Shown: positions 38,137-48,226 of the stretch, piece after piece
Layout of the letters: each line of letters starts with the position of its first letter
Position numbering within the stretch: position 1 is the stretch's first letter
Assembly (NCBI GenBank): GCA_038733315.1
Contig: JAVYPJ010000002.1
Span: 84,571 to 148,570 of the forward strand
Length of the DNA: 64,000 bases
From: Candidatus Aenigmatarchaeota archaeon
Lineage (GTDB): Archaea; Aenigmatarchaeota; Aenigmatarchaeia; CG10238-14; SpSt-28
Direction of reading: 5' to 3'
The notes under the pieces: model-generated
What the model was told of the DNA's origin: nothing
Seen by the model: only the letters and a program-made list of their open reading frames with translations
Database searches by the model: none
Translations under genes and position numbers: made by a program

Positions 38137-39408
38137 ATGGAAAAAAAGGTTTATACAATAGAATTTTTCTTAGACGTTGCTTCACAATTCATAGTACCAT
38201 TTGTAACTTTTTATGCAATTTATTTGGGTTTTTCTAACATTTTTATAGGCATCTTTAATGCAATGCTAAGTGTATCTTATGTATTAACTTTTTTTATATC
38301 TTTATTTTTAATAAATTCTCAAATAATAAAAAGAGTATTTTCTATTTCTTTATTAATTTGGGGTATTTCTTTTGTAATGCTTTATTATTCATTTTCAGAA
38401 ACACTCTTTTTAATTTCAATTTTTTTAAGAACAATTTCTAGTTCGATAATTTCTGCTTGCTATACTTGGCTTATCTCTAAGATTTTTAGAAAAAACACCT
38501 TTGAAAAAATTTCAAATTTATCTATAATTTACACTTCTATAACTTTGTTCGCTACAATATTTTCTGGAATACTAATTAAAGAGTATGGATATTTTCAGTT
38601 TATTTTCTATATACCTTTAATTTTTTCTATCTTTTCGATAATAGTTCTAGAAAAAATAAAAATAGTAGATAAGGATAAGAACTATAGCGTAAATAAAAAT
38701 CCATTAGATTATATAAAAGGAAACATTTTACAGAACTTTATTGACAAAAAATTAAAGAACTATGCTATATCTCTTTTTACATTTTATTTTTCTGTAGGAA
38801 TTGCCTCTTCATTTTTTCCAGTTTTTCTAAAGAAGGTTTTGGGTTTATCTGAATTCGAATGGGCGTTAATTACTTGCGTTGAAATGATATCGTTTTTATT
38901 GTTTTTTTCAGCTATAAAGAATGTTAAAAAAACTTTTAGTATTTTAACTTTGTTTGGTGTTTCAACTTTTATAATTTCTTTAATACCTTTAGTTTGGATA
39001 GTAAGCAAAAATCTTATAGTTATAATTCTTTTCAGCTTTTTCTCTGGAATCGCATGGCAACTTTTTTCTATACTCCATTTAACTTACGTTTCTAAAAACT
39101 TTGGAATAATTAATAAAATAAGTTTTTTAAATGTTTTTATAGGATTAGGTTTAATGCTTGGAAATTTGATTGGCGGAATTATTTCTGAAATAAATTTAGA
39201 ATATGTTTTTTATATTTCTTTTGTCTTTAGATTTTTTTCATCATATTTATTCACATCCTTTATAAGTAGAAGAACAATTTCTATTTCTGATATATACAAA
39301 AACGTCTTTATTTCACTAGATTTCTTTGCTTATTTACTAAAGGAATTTGCAATTCAGTTTAAATCCTTGGCCCCCTATAATCACAAAAAGGACACTCATA
39401 AATCTTAA
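38137..39408 (+). CDS. MFS transporter
   Basis: About 12 TM segments in two 6-helix halves, 423 aa. Confidence 0.8.
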   Translation: MEKKVYTIEFFLDVASQFIVPFVTFYAIYLGFSNIFIGIFNAMLSVSYVLTFFISLFLINSQIIKRVFSISLLIWGISFVMLYYSFSETLFLISIFLRTISSSIISACYTWLISKIFRKNTFEKISNLSIIYTSITLFATIFSGILIKEYGYFQFIFYIPLIFSIFSIIVLEKIKIVDKDKNYSVNKNPLDYIKGNILQNFIDKKLKNYAISLFTFYFSVGIASSFFPVFLKKVLGLSEFEWALITCVEMISFLLFFSAIKNVKKTFSILTLFGVSTFIISLIPLVWIVSKNLIVIILFSFFSGIAWQLFSILHLTYVSKNFGIINKISFLNVFIGLGLMLGNLIGGIISEINLEYVFYISFVFRFFSSYLFTSFISRRTISISDIYKNVFISLDFFAYLLKEFAIQFKSLAPYNHKKDTHKS

Positions 39409-39517
39409 TTACTACGCTAGATTTTTCATTTTGCGAAAATAGTTCGAACTTAACTCTTGCATTTTTACCACACTTTGGACATTTATCGAAAACTGGGATT
39501 TCATTAAGCAAAGCCAT
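39359..39517 (-). CDS. Small zinc-ribbon protein, 52 aa
   Basis: MALLNEIPVFDKCPKCG...YECPFCDY; two CxxC motifs; likely start at ATG 39517. Confidence 0.7.
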   Translation of the reverse strand: MALLNEIPVFDKCPKCGKNARVKFELFSQNEKSSVVIKIYECPFCDYRGPRI

Positions 39518-39542
39518 ATAAATATTAAGATATAAAAAATTT

Positions 39543-40862
39543 ATGCTTAGCATAAGGTTGCTCAGATCTAATAAGGAATTAATAATAGAAAATTTGAAGA
39601 AGAGGAATCAAGAGGAACTAATTTCCTTAGTAGACGAATGTTTGAGATTAGATAATGAGTGGAGAAGAGTAATTAAAGAACTTAACGATTTAAGAAAAAA
39701 ACTGAACGAATTAAGCAAAGAGTATGCAAATAAAGGCGATGAAAAATTAATAGAAGAGGCTAATAGGATAAAAGATGAGATAGAAAAATTAGAAAAAATG
39801 CAAAATGAATTGATTAATAAAAGAGATGAAATTCTTCAAAATTTACCAAATTTAATTCATGAAAGTGTTCCATATGGTAAGGATGAAAGAGATAACGTAC
39901 CTATAAAATATTATGGAGTTCCAAAAGTTAAAAAAAGTAAAGAAAATGAATTTGAAGAGAATTTCCCAAACTTAAATTACACAATTTCTGAGCTTGAAAT
40001 ACCAATTCATGCAGATTTAATGGAAAATTATAAATTAATAGATACATTAAGAGCTTCCAAGGTAAGCGGTTCTAGATTTTATTATTTAAAAAATCAAATA
40101 GTAATACTTAACTTATCCTTAATTAGATACGGTATAGACTTTTTAATAGAGAAAGGTTTTACGATAATGCAAACACCATTCTTAGTTAGAGAATTTGTAA
40201 TGAATGGAGCTACACAAAAAAAATTATATCAGGAAGATGCGTATAAAATAAGCGAAGAAGATTTGTGGCTAATTCCAACTAGTGAATTCTCTATTCTAGG
40301 CTATCATGCAAACGAGATATTAGAAGAAAAAGAATTACCTTTAAAATACGCCGGCTTAAGTAGTTGTTTCAGAAAAGAGGCTGGTTCGCATGGGAAAGAT
40401 ACTAAGGGTATTTTTAGGGTGCATCAATTCGAAAAGGTGGAGCAATTCATTTTTTGCAAGCCAGAAGAAAGTTGGGAAATGCATGAATATCTAATAAAAA
40501 ATGTAGAGGAATTTTACCAATCCTTAGAAATTCCTTATAGAATAGTTAATATTTGTAGCGGAGATTTAGGACCTATAGCCGCTAAAAAATATGATTTAGA
40601 GGCATGGTTTCCTGGTCAAAACAGTTTTAGAGAATTGGTTAGCTGCTCAAATTGTTTGGATTATCAAGCAAGAAGAGTTAATATAAGATTTAGAAGAAAG
40701 AATGGAGAAGTAGAATTTGTTCATACACTTAATTCAACATTAGTCGCTACAGAGAGAACTATATGCGCTATTTTCGAAAATTTCTTTGACGGAAAAGGAA
40801 TAGAAATACCTAAAAAACTAGTAAAGTATACAGGATTTGATTATATAAATCTTTGTGAATGA
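39543..40862 (+). CDS. serS: Seryl-tRNA synthetase
   Basis: LPNL, SGSRFYYL, LIPTSE, CFRKEAG, FRVHQFEKVE, ELVSCSNC, HTLNST, TERT. Confidence 0.97.
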   Translation: MLSIRLLRSNKELIIENLKKRNQEELISLVDECLRLDNEWRRVIKELNDLRKKLNELSKEYANKGDEKLIEEANRIKDEIEKLEKMQNELINKRDEILQNLPNLIHESVPYGKDERDNVPIKYYGVPKVKKSKENEFEENFPNLNYTISELEIPIHADLMENYKLIDTLRASKVSGSRFYYLKNQIVILNLSLIRYGIDFLIEKGFTIMQTPFLVREFVMNGATQKKLYQEDAYKISEEDLWLIPTSEFSILGYHANEILEEKELPLKYAGLSSCFRKEAGSHGKDTKGIFRVHQFEKVEQFIFCKPEESWEMHEYLIKNVEEFYQSLEIPYRIVNICSGDLGPIAAKKYDLEAWFPGQNSFRELVSCSNCLDYQARRVNIRFRRKNGEVEFVHTLNSTLVATERTICAIFENFFDGKGIEIPKKLVKYTGFDYINLCE

Positions 40863-41482
40863 GAGCATTTATATTTGTTTCTCATGGATATACTACGTAT
40901 AAAATTAAAGATTTTTATAAAGCCGGTAGATTAGATATTGCAATCCATTCAATAATTCATGCTTTTTTTATTTCTAATGGACTAAGAAAAGATGTGGAGT
41001 TTAACTTGCTTTTATATGGTCGTCCAAAACCGCCAATTAGAATTAAAATGGTTTCAAACATTAAAACTCCATGGAGCAAAAAAGATATAGAATCTCTAAT
41101 AAAAATCTCTTTGTGGAAGTTTTATAAAAAAGGTGAAAAGCCTATAGAGAGTTTGAAGGGAGTTTATGTAGATAGAAGTGGCTTAAAAGAAACCTTAGAA
41201 GAATACAAGAATAAAGACTTTAAAATATTTTTGTTAGACATTAGCGGAAAGCCTATAGAAGATGTAGAGATTTGTAAAAATGCTGTGTTTGTTCTTGGAG
41301 ATTTCTTAGGTTTAAAAAAGGAGCACTTTAAAATAGCAGAAATGTATAAAGACGATATAATTTCTCTCGGAAAAATTCCATACTTTTCTTCTCAATGTAT
41401 TTTTCTTCTCAATTATTTTTATGACAAAAAATTTGGGTGCGAATTTTGGGATACAAAAGATAGATTTAAAGCAAATATATGA
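40859..41482 (+). CDS. trmY: tRNA (pseudouridine54-N1)-methyltransferase
   Basis: AGRLDI, AFFISNGLRKDV, FVLGDFLG, ISLG...SSQCI SPOUT motifs. Confidence 0.88.
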   Translation: MRAFIFVSHGYTTYKIKDFYKAGRLDIAIHSIIHAFFISNGLRKDVEFNLLLYGRPKPPIRIKMVSNIKTPWSKKDIESLIKISLWKFYKKGEKPIESLKGVYVDRSGLKETLEEYKNKDFKIFLLDISGKPIEDVEICKNAVFVLGDFLGLKKEHFKIAEMYKDDIISLGKIPYFSSQCIFLLNYFYDKKFGCEFWDTKDRFKANI

Positions 41483-41487
41483 AAAAG

Positions 41488-41973
41488 TTATATGTTATAG
41501 AAGCTATACTCTTTACTCTCTAAATTTAGTATGCAAAAGCTAGGCTTTCCAAAATAACCTAAAATTTCTCCGGGATTAATAGCTAGGGTTTTACTCGATT
41601 CAATAACTTCTTTCTTATGAGAATGGCCGAAAAATACAAAATCGTATTTATTCGTTAGCGTAACAGCTTTTCCTACAAAATCGAAGTGAGTAATGAAAAT
41701 TTTTTTGTTGTTTATTTTAACTTCTCCAAAATAATTAAAGTATTTAGCATTTTTTGGCATATGTTTTATTAGAGATAATTTATCACCATCGTTATTTCCA
41801 AAGACTACAAAAAGTTTATTTACTTCTAGATTTTTAAAAAGCTCTATTGAAAATGGAGAGCATATGTCTCCACAAAAGAATGCATAATCTATCTTTATTT
41901 TGTTTAAGAGCCTTATCAGCTTTAATATATTTTCAGTATTGTCATGAGTATCGCTAAAAATAGCAACTTTCAT
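41488..41973 (-). CDS. YfcE/MJ0936-family metallophosphoesterase
   Basis: SDTHDN, CGD, GNND, ITH, GHSH, INPGE. Confidence 0.92.
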   Translation of the reverse strand: MKVAIFSDTHDNTENILKLIRLLNKIKIDYAFFCGDICSPFSIELFKNLEVNKLFVVFGNNDGDKLSLIKHMPKNAKYFNYFGEVKINNKKIFITHFDFVGKAVTLTNKYDFVFFGHSHKKEVIESSKTLAINPGEILGYFGKPSFCILNLESKEYSFYNI

Positions 41974-42491
41974 GAAGAAGAGACAACAATTTTATAGCCC
42001 TTTGGTAACTTAGATGCAGCAATTCTGAGAGCCTCTTTACCTAAGTTCAAAAATTCTTTTTTTATTCTTAAAAGAATTATAGTCTCGCCTTTAAATAATT
42101 GAACTGCCCTACCTATTGGCCTACCGAAAGCGTTTCTCATACCTTGACTATATCTGTCAGCTCCAGCACCCATAGCTATCGGATGCTCCCTTAATATATG
42201 ATGTGGATATTTAAGGATTTTAAGATAATAGTTTAGAGGGCCTATTCTTTTTTCTAGGTATTTATTACACAGAATTCTAGCCGATTCTAATGCGTTATCT
42301 CTTACTTGCACATCTTCCTTAGCTATTAATTTTAATTCTATGTAATCTGTTATACTTTTATTTCCTCTTTCAAATTCTCTAACTTTTGTTGGTGGTGCGC
42401 CAGCAATGTAGTTTTTGTTTTTAACTTTATACGAAATCCTAGTATATGGTCTTTCTATTCTTCTAAAACACCTTCCTGGTCTTAGTGCCAT
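41970..42491 (-). CDS. rpl10e: 50S ribosomal protein L10e (uL16)
   Basis: MALRPGRCFR, QVRDNALESAR, YPHHILREH, GADRYSQGMRNAFGRP. Confidence 0.97.
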   Translation of the reverse strand: MALRPGRCFRRIERPYTRISYKVKNKNYIAGAPPTKVREFERGNKSITDYIELKLIAKEDVQVRDNALESARILCNKYLEKRIGPLNYYLKILKYPHHILREHPIAMGAGADRYSQGMRNAFGRPIGRAVQLFKGETIILLRIKKEFLNLGKEALRIAASKLPKGYKIVVSSS

Positions 42492-42598
42492 AATTTATTA
42501 GAACTTATATAATTTATAGTTTTTTGAGTTTTGGGCATAAACTCTCAATATTATATAAGAGTAAAAGTGATATATATTTTTTAAAACAATATTTTTTC

Positions 42599-42775
42599 AT
42601 GGCAGAGAAAAGATCTCTTGTGGTAAGAAGTGCAGTAAGAGAGGTTGTAAAGGACATGAGAATAAGCGATAGTTTTTTTGAAGCCTTAGATAAAGAGGTA
42701 GAGAGTTTAATAAAAAAAGCAATGCAAAGAGCAAAAGCTAATGGAAGATCAACATTAAGAGATAGCGATGTTTAA
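42599..42775 (+). CDS. Short histone-fold protein, 58 aa
   Basis: MAEKRSLVVRSAVREVVKDMRISDSFFEALDKEVESLIKKAMQRAKANGRSTLRDSDV; RIS L1 loop and A-x-x-x-G-R-x-T-x-x-x-x-D L2 motif. True start is ATG 42599. Confidence 0.9.
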   Translation: MAEKRSLVVRSAVREVVKDMRISDSFFEALDKEVESLIKKAMQRAKANGRSTLRDSDV

Positions 42776-43950
42776 ATCCCAAACAATTTATCTATAAAAC
42801 TCTTCCTTTCCTCTTCTTTTCCATATTTTTCCCAAAAATCTTTTATTTTTTCTTTTAATTTAATTTTTTCGATTTCGTCCTTTGTATTAGGAACGTTTGC
42901 AGAATTTCCTACTCCTACTATTATAGCTTTTTTATTAACATCTTCTAAACTTTCTTTTATTTTTTCTATAACGTTATTCACATTGTTAAGTATTTTTGGA
43001 TTCATTATTTGAATGGCTTCTTCTGGGCTCATCTTTACTAGTATTGCATCGAGTTTTATATCTTTTTTTGCTGCAACTTCCTCGATGTTAAATTTTTCTA
43101 CACCAATTCCACCTATAGCAACTCCAACACCATCTGATACGCTTCCTGATTCTTCTTCTTCTAACTTAGAAGCGGCGTCTATGGTAATAATCTTTTCAAC
43201 GTTTTTTTCTTTTTTTAGCAACTCATTCAAGACTTTGTGAATTTTTCCTAATCTACCGCCAGGTCCCTTAGCTCTAACTAAAATAACGTCTTTACCGAAG
43301 AGTCTTTTTTTTACAACAATACATTCATAAACTTCATTAATTTTATCCCCTCTTTCTATAAGATTAGAAATAACTAGTGGTCCTATGCCATCCCCTATAG
43401 GCAAGTTGTTTAATATAGTTTCAAAACCTTTTTCGTATGACCTGAATACTCTATCTATTATAGGCAGCTGAAACTGTATAAGTAAAGCAAGCTGGAGGTT
43501 TTTATATTTTCTGATAGTGCCTCTATAATGTTCTAAAACTTTTTTTATGTAATGTTTTACCATTAAGATTTGAAATAATAGCTTATAATTTTTTATTTTT
43601 TCCAAATCTTTTTCGTTAGAAATTTTTTCTATATGCTTTTCTATTTTTTCATCGCTTTGCTCTATTATAAAATCTAATTTATTAACTATGCCATATGGAT
43701 CTAAACTCGTTGGCTCTATTACAGAGAAATCTAGTTTTTCAAAGATTTTGTTAGCTGGCATTTTCGGATTTATTAATCTTAAAAATTTTCTTTTTGAGTT
43801 TTCTATTGAAATATAATATTTTTCGATTGCAGAGTTAAGAAAATATAGCGATTGAGCTATTACTATCTTTGGATAAAATATGGACATAACAATAATAAGT
43901 AGCATAAACAAAATCCAATAAATATCTATTGCTAAAACGCCAATTATCAT
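42772..43950 (-). CDS. DUF1512-family archaeal membrane-anchored protein
   Basis: PIGDGIGPLV, RAKGPGGRLG, ITIDAASKLEEE, GVGVAIGG, GVGNS. Confidence 0.8.
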   Translation of the reverse strand: MIIGVLAIDIYWILFMLLIIVMSIFYPKIVIAQSLYFLNSAIEKYYISIENSKRKFLRLINPKMPANKIFEKLDFSVIEPTSLDPYGIVNKLDFIIEQSDEKIEKHIEKISNEKDLEKIKNYKLLFQILMVKHYIKKVLEHYRGTIRKYKNLQLALLIQFQLPIIDRVFRSYEKGFETILNNLPIGDGIGPLVISNLIERGDKINEVYECIVVKKRLFGKDVILVRAKGPGGRLGKIHKVLNELLKKEKNVEKIITIDAASKLEEEESGSVSDGVGVAIGGIGVEKFNIEEVAAKKDIKLDAILVKMSPEEAIQIMNPKILNNVNNVIEKIKESLEDVNKKAIIVGVGNSANVPNTKDEIEKIKLKEKIKDFWEKYGKEEERKSFIDKLFGI

Positions 43951-43986
43951 ACATATTTTTATACTTTAAAGATTTATAAATACTTT

Positions 43987-44640
43987 ATGAAGGGATTTAT
44001 AAAGCAGTTCGTACTTTTATTTGGCATAGTGCTAATAACATATTTATTATTATTTTCTAAAAATCCCGTTTCTAACTATTTTCAAAGCTCTTTTAGCGGT
44101 TTATTTTCTCTTATTTTTCCTAAGGAAGAAAAGACAATTTTCTTTGAAATTCAGCTAGAAAGTAATTCACAGCTTGAAATTAAAGGAATTTTCGATGTAG
44201 ATATACATGGCACAATTAAAGAATTTAACATAGAGAAAATCTCTATGCAAAAAGAGTCTAAAAACATTTCTATGACAAGTTTGAAATGTGTAGATAGTTG
44301 CTTTCTCAAAAAATACGAAGAAACTTCTGAATTTTCTGGAAAACTTTCTGTTTTAAACTTAGATGATATTAAATTTTCTGGCTTAGAAAATTCTAACGTA
44401 AAGCTTCAGATGGAAAAAACAAAAGAAATAAAAATATTCCCGACTTCAAAATCCTTAGAAATTTGTTTATCAAACGCAAAGATAACTATTTCTTACGGAA
44501 CTCATAAAGTTGAGCAAACAATTTATAGCGATTGTGTATATTTAGATGGGATAAGCAAAGTTATATTTAATATAACTTTGGATAAGAGCATAATAAGCGG
44601 ATACGTTAGTAGTTTTAAGTCAACATTCCTTAATATTTAA
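43987..44640 (+). CDS. Hypothetical secreted/membrane-anchored protein
   Basis: N-terminal hydrophobic helix followed by a beta-rich domain. Confidence 0.65.
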   Translation: MKGFIKQFVLLFGIVLITYLLLFSKNPVSNYFQSSFSGLFSLIFPKEEKTIFFEIQLESNSQLEIKGIFDVDIHGTIKEFNIEKISMQKESKNISMTSLKCVDSCFLKKYEETSEFSGKLSVLNLDDIKFSGLENSNVKLQMEKTKEIKIFPTSKSLEICLSNAKITISYGTHKVEQTIYSDCVYLDGISKVIFNITLDKSIISGYVSSFKSTFLNI

Positions 44641-44642
44641 AT

Positions 44643-44942
44643 ATGGAAGAGAAAAAAACAGATGAAGATATTCTAGAACTTCCTGAAAAAACAGAAGAGA
44701 AAAAGGATGTGATAAAAGTGGAAAAAGTCATAGATATAAGAGATGTGGAAAGGGTAGTAAAAAAAGTTTTACAAAAAAGAATAGTTATAGCAAGTTTAAA
44801 AGAAATTAAAAATATATCGGATTATCAAAACGTAATTAAAGAGTTTAAAAGATTTTCCAATCTTTATAAACTAAACTCTCTTTTGATAGATGAAAACCAC
44901 CTTTTAATGACATCTAAGGATGTAATAATAGAAAAACTTTAA
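44643..44942 (+). CDS. Divergent SepF-like protein
   Basis: Aligns by eye with 12499..12843 (V.K..D..D...V...IVI.S..E.KN...I.E....T.....IE). Confidence 0.6.
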   Translation: MEEKKTDEDILELPEKTEEKKDVIKVEKVIDIRDVERVVKKVLQKRIVIASLKEIKNISDYQNVIKEFKRFSNLYKLNSLLIDENHLLMTSKDVIIEKL

Positions 44943-44993
44943 GTTTTTTTATAAAACTTTTAAAAATTTAAATATTATTGTAACTATTATTTA

Positions 44994-46367
44994 ATGGTAA
45001 ATATAAAGGTGGAAATGGCGTTAGAAAAAGAGTATCCATTAATAGAAATTATAGCCGATGAAAGGTTTGGGAAAGATTTTTTAAAGGGATTTAATTTTAA
45101 AATAGTTGAGGAGGAAAAGGGAAAACAAATAATATATGTTAGCTTATTGAAAAACGAAATGAAATTAGCTAGCAAAATAATAGAAATAATAAATTTTCTA
45201 AAAATAGATAAGGTTTGCATAGATGTTTCAATACTAAGCACTAATATAAAAAAAGAAAATTTCGTAGAAAGTCTATACTTATCTTCTTATGAATTTACAA
45301 CATATAAAACAAAGAAGGATGAAAGAAAGGTGATAATAAAAGTTTATGGGATTGATAGAGTAGCACTTTCAAAAACAAAAATACTTTCTAAGGCAGTTTA
45401 TATTGCTAGAGATTTGGGTAATGAACCATCTAACAAATTATATCCGCAGGCTTTTGTAGAAAGAGTTTACGAAATATTTGAAGATAGTCCAGATATTTAT
45501 ATAGAGTCTTTAAATGAAATCGATTTAGAAAGAGAAAAATTAGAAGGTATTTTATCTGTAGGAAATTCTTCTAAGAACAAACCTAGACTATTAATTCTGA
45601 AATATTTTAGAGCAGAGGATAGGAATCAAAAACCTATTCTATTGGTTGGTAAGGGCATATGCTTTGATGCTGGCGGAATTAATGTAAAACCTGCTGAATA
45701 TATGGTTGATATGTATGCAGATAAAAGTGGTGCTGCGGTGGTTGTTGGAATATTATATGCAGTTTCAAAATTGGGCTTACCAATAAATATTGTTGCAACC
45801 ATACCTTTAGCAGAAAATGTTATTAGCGAAAGCTCTATTAAACAGAGCGATATAATAAGGATAGGGGATAAAAATGTAGAAATAGTTCATACAGACGCAG
45901 AAGGTAGATTATTAATAGCCGATGCTATTCAGTATGGGATAAAGAAATTTAATCCAATATTAATAATCGATATAGCGACTTTAACTGGTGCTCAAATAGT
46001 TGCTTTGGGCTATAAAATAGCAGCTTTATTTTCTAACGATACCGAAATGTCTAAGAAAATGTTTGAGGTTAGTAAGAGAAAAAGAGAATATGTTTGGAAA
46101 ATGCCAATTCCGAATTTTTATAGAGAATTGATTAAGAGTGAAAGAGCTGATATAGTTAACATTAAATCACCATCTTCTAGAGATGCTGGTAGCATTGTTG
46201 GCGCATTATTTATTAAAGAGTTCGTAAAAGATAAAAAATGGATTCATTTAGACGTTGCAGGACCAGCAATCTCTCCAAAAAAGGATGGATGGATTAATAA
46301 AGGATCTACAGGTTTTGGAGTAAGATTAATTACAGAATTTTTATTAGAGATTTCAAAATCGATTTAA
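44994..46367 (+). CDS. pepA: Leucyl aminopeptidase (M17)
   Basis: VGKGICFDAGG, DKSGAA, AEN, TDAEGRL, DIATLTGA, HLDVAG. Confidence 0.95.
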   Translation: MVNIKVEMALEKEYPLIEIIADERFGKDFLKGFNFKIVEEEKGKQIIYVSLLKNEMKLASKIIEIINFLKIDKVCIDVSILSTNIKKENFVESLYLSSYEFTTYKTKKDERKVIIKVYGIDRVALSKTKILSKAVYIARDLGNEPSNKLYPQAFVERVYEIFEDSPDIYIESLNEIDLEREKLEGILSVGNSSKNKPRLLILKYFRAEDRNQKPILLVGKGICFDAGGINVKPAEYMVDMYADKSGAAVVVGILYAVSKLGLPINIVATIPLAENVISESSIKQSDIIRIGDKNVEIVHTDAEGRLLIADAIQYGIKKFNPILIIDIATLTGAQIVALGYKIAALFSNDTEMSKKMFEVSKRKREYVWKMPIPNFYRELIKSERADIVNIKSPSSRDAGSIVGALFIKEFVKDKKWIHLDVAGPAISPKKDGWINKGSTGFGVRLITEFLLEISKSI

Positions 46368-46390
46368 ATAAACTCATAGAACAATTTCTT

Positions 46391-48220
46391 ATGGAGCAAG
46401 ATGTATTAAAGCAAATAGAGATGGCTGAAAAGATTTGCTTAGATACATCTATAGTTATTGATAAGTTTTTGAGTAAGAATCTTGATAAATTTAAAAATTT
46501 GAAAAAAATAATAATTCCAATTCCAACCCTAGACGAACTGCAAAACCAAGCTTCTAAGGGTAGAAAAGAGGGTTTTATAGGACTAAACGAAATTAAAGAA
46601 ATTAGAGAAAAAGTCTTGGATAAAAAAATTTCTATAGAATTTTCTGGAGAAAGACCAAGCTTAGAGGATATTAAATTGGCTAGAAGCGGAAGAATAGATA
46701 GTTTAATAAGGGAAATTGCGAAAAAAGAGGATGCGTACTTATTAACTGCAGATTTTGTTCAGAGCTTAGTTGCTGAGGCAGAAGGAGTAAAAGTAATATA
46801 TATAGCACCTCAAATATTTGTAAAAGAAAAATTAAAGTTCGAAGAATTTTTTGATAATGAAACTTTAAGCATACATCTAAAAGAAAAAGTAATACCTTTT
46901 GCTAAAAGAGGCAAACCAGGAAATTGGAAATTAGTAAAATTAGCAGAAAATCCTTTATCTAAGGAAGAAATTGAGGAAATTATTAGAGAAATAGTTGAGT
47001 TCGCTAGAAGAGATGAAAACTCATATTTCGAAATAGTTAGAGAGGGTAGCATGGTAATACAAATGAAAAATTATAGAATTGCTATAGCTATGCCGCCCTT
47101 TTCAGATGGATATGAAGTTACAGTAGTTAGGCCAATAGTAAAATTAAGGTTAGAAGATTATAAACCAACTAAAAGATTATTAGAAAGGTTAGAAAAAAAG
47201 GCAGAGGGTATAATAATTTGTGGGCCTCCTGGATCTGGTAAATCTACTTTTTGCAGCTCTTTAATAGAGTTTTATCTTAATATGGGAAAAATAGTTAAAA
47301 CCTTAGAAAGTCCAAGAGATTTGCAAGTTCCTGAAGAAGTTACTCAATATGGTCCGTTAGAGAATTCTTTTGAAAAAACAGCAGATATATTGTTATTAGT
47401 TAGGCCAGATTATGTTGCTTTTGATGAAATAAGAAAAACAAAGGATTTCGAAATTTTTGCAGATTTAAGGTTAGCTGGAATTGGAATGATTGGAGTAGTG
47501 CATGCAAGCGAAGCTATAGATGCTATTCAAAGATTTTTAAGCAGATATGAATTAGGAATGCTACCGCATATAGTTGATACAATAATTTTTATAAAAGATG
47601 GAGAGATTAAAAAAATTTTAACCTTAGAAATAAAAGTTAAAGTTCCTACAGGAATGACTGAAGAAGATTTAGCTAGGCCTGTTGTTGAAGTAAGGGATTT
47701 TGAAAGCGGTAAGCTTGAATATGAAATTTATACTTTTGGAGAAGAGAATGTTGTAGTTCCTATAAAAGAAGAAAAGAAAAGTGCAATCTACGAATTAGCA
47801 AAACAAAAAATTATGGATGTTATTAGGAAGTTTGATGAAAGGGCAGAGATAGAGTTTATAAGCGAAAACAGAGTTTTAATAAGGGTAGATAATGAAAATC
47901 TGCCAAAGATTATTGGAAAAGAAGGCAGTAGGATTAAAAAAATTGAAGAAATGTTAGGAATTTCCATAGATGTAGAACCAAAAATCCCTTCACTAGGAAA
48001 GAAAGTAGATTTCTTAATATCTGAAAGCGGAAATTCTCTTATATTCAGATTTTTGCAAAAACTATCTGGAAAAAATGTAAAGTTTTATGTAAATGATAAG
48101 TTTTTGTTCTCGGCAAATGTTGGCAAAGATAATACAATAAGATTAAATAAGAATAATGAGTTTGGTGAAATGTTAATGAAAGCTATTATTAAGAAGGAAA
48201 AAATAGAAGCCTTTGTTTAA
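46391..48220 (+). CDS. PIN-domain ATPase with KH domain (PINA/MJ1533-like)
   Basis: LDTSI PIN, GPPGSGKST, ESPRDL, FDEIR, GVVHA, KVPTGM, KH IIGKEG. Confidence 0.92.
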   Translation: MEQDVLKQIEMAEKICLDTSIVIDKFLSKNLDKFKNLKKIIIPIPTLDELQNQASKGRKEGFIGLNEIKEIREKVLDKKISIEFSGERPSLEDIKLARSGRIDSLIREIAKKEDAYLLTADFVQSLVAEAEGVKVIYIAPQIFVKEKLKFEEFFDNETLSIHLKEKVIPFAKRGKPGNWKLVKLAENPLSKEEIEEIIREIVEFARRDENSYFEIVREGSMVIQMKNYRIAIAMPPFSDGYEVTVVRPIVKLRLEDYKPTKRLLERLEKKAEGIIICGPPGSGKSTFCSSLIEFYLNMGKIVKTLESPRDLQVPEEVTQYGPLENSFEKTADILLLVRPDYVAFDEIRKTKDFEIFADLRLAGIGMIGVVHASEAIDAIQRFLSRYELGMLPHIVDTIIFIKDGEIKKILTLEIKVKVPTGMTEEDLARPVVEVRDFESGKLEYEIYTFGEENVVVPIKEEKKSAIYELAKQKIMDVIRKFDERAEIEFISENRVLIRVDNENLPKIIGKEGSRIKKIEEMLGISIDVEPKIPSLGKKVDFLISESGNSLIFRFLQKLSGKNVKFYVNDKFLFSANVGKDNTIRLNKNNEFGEMLMKAIIKKEKIEAFV

Positions 48221-48226
48221 AAGTTT

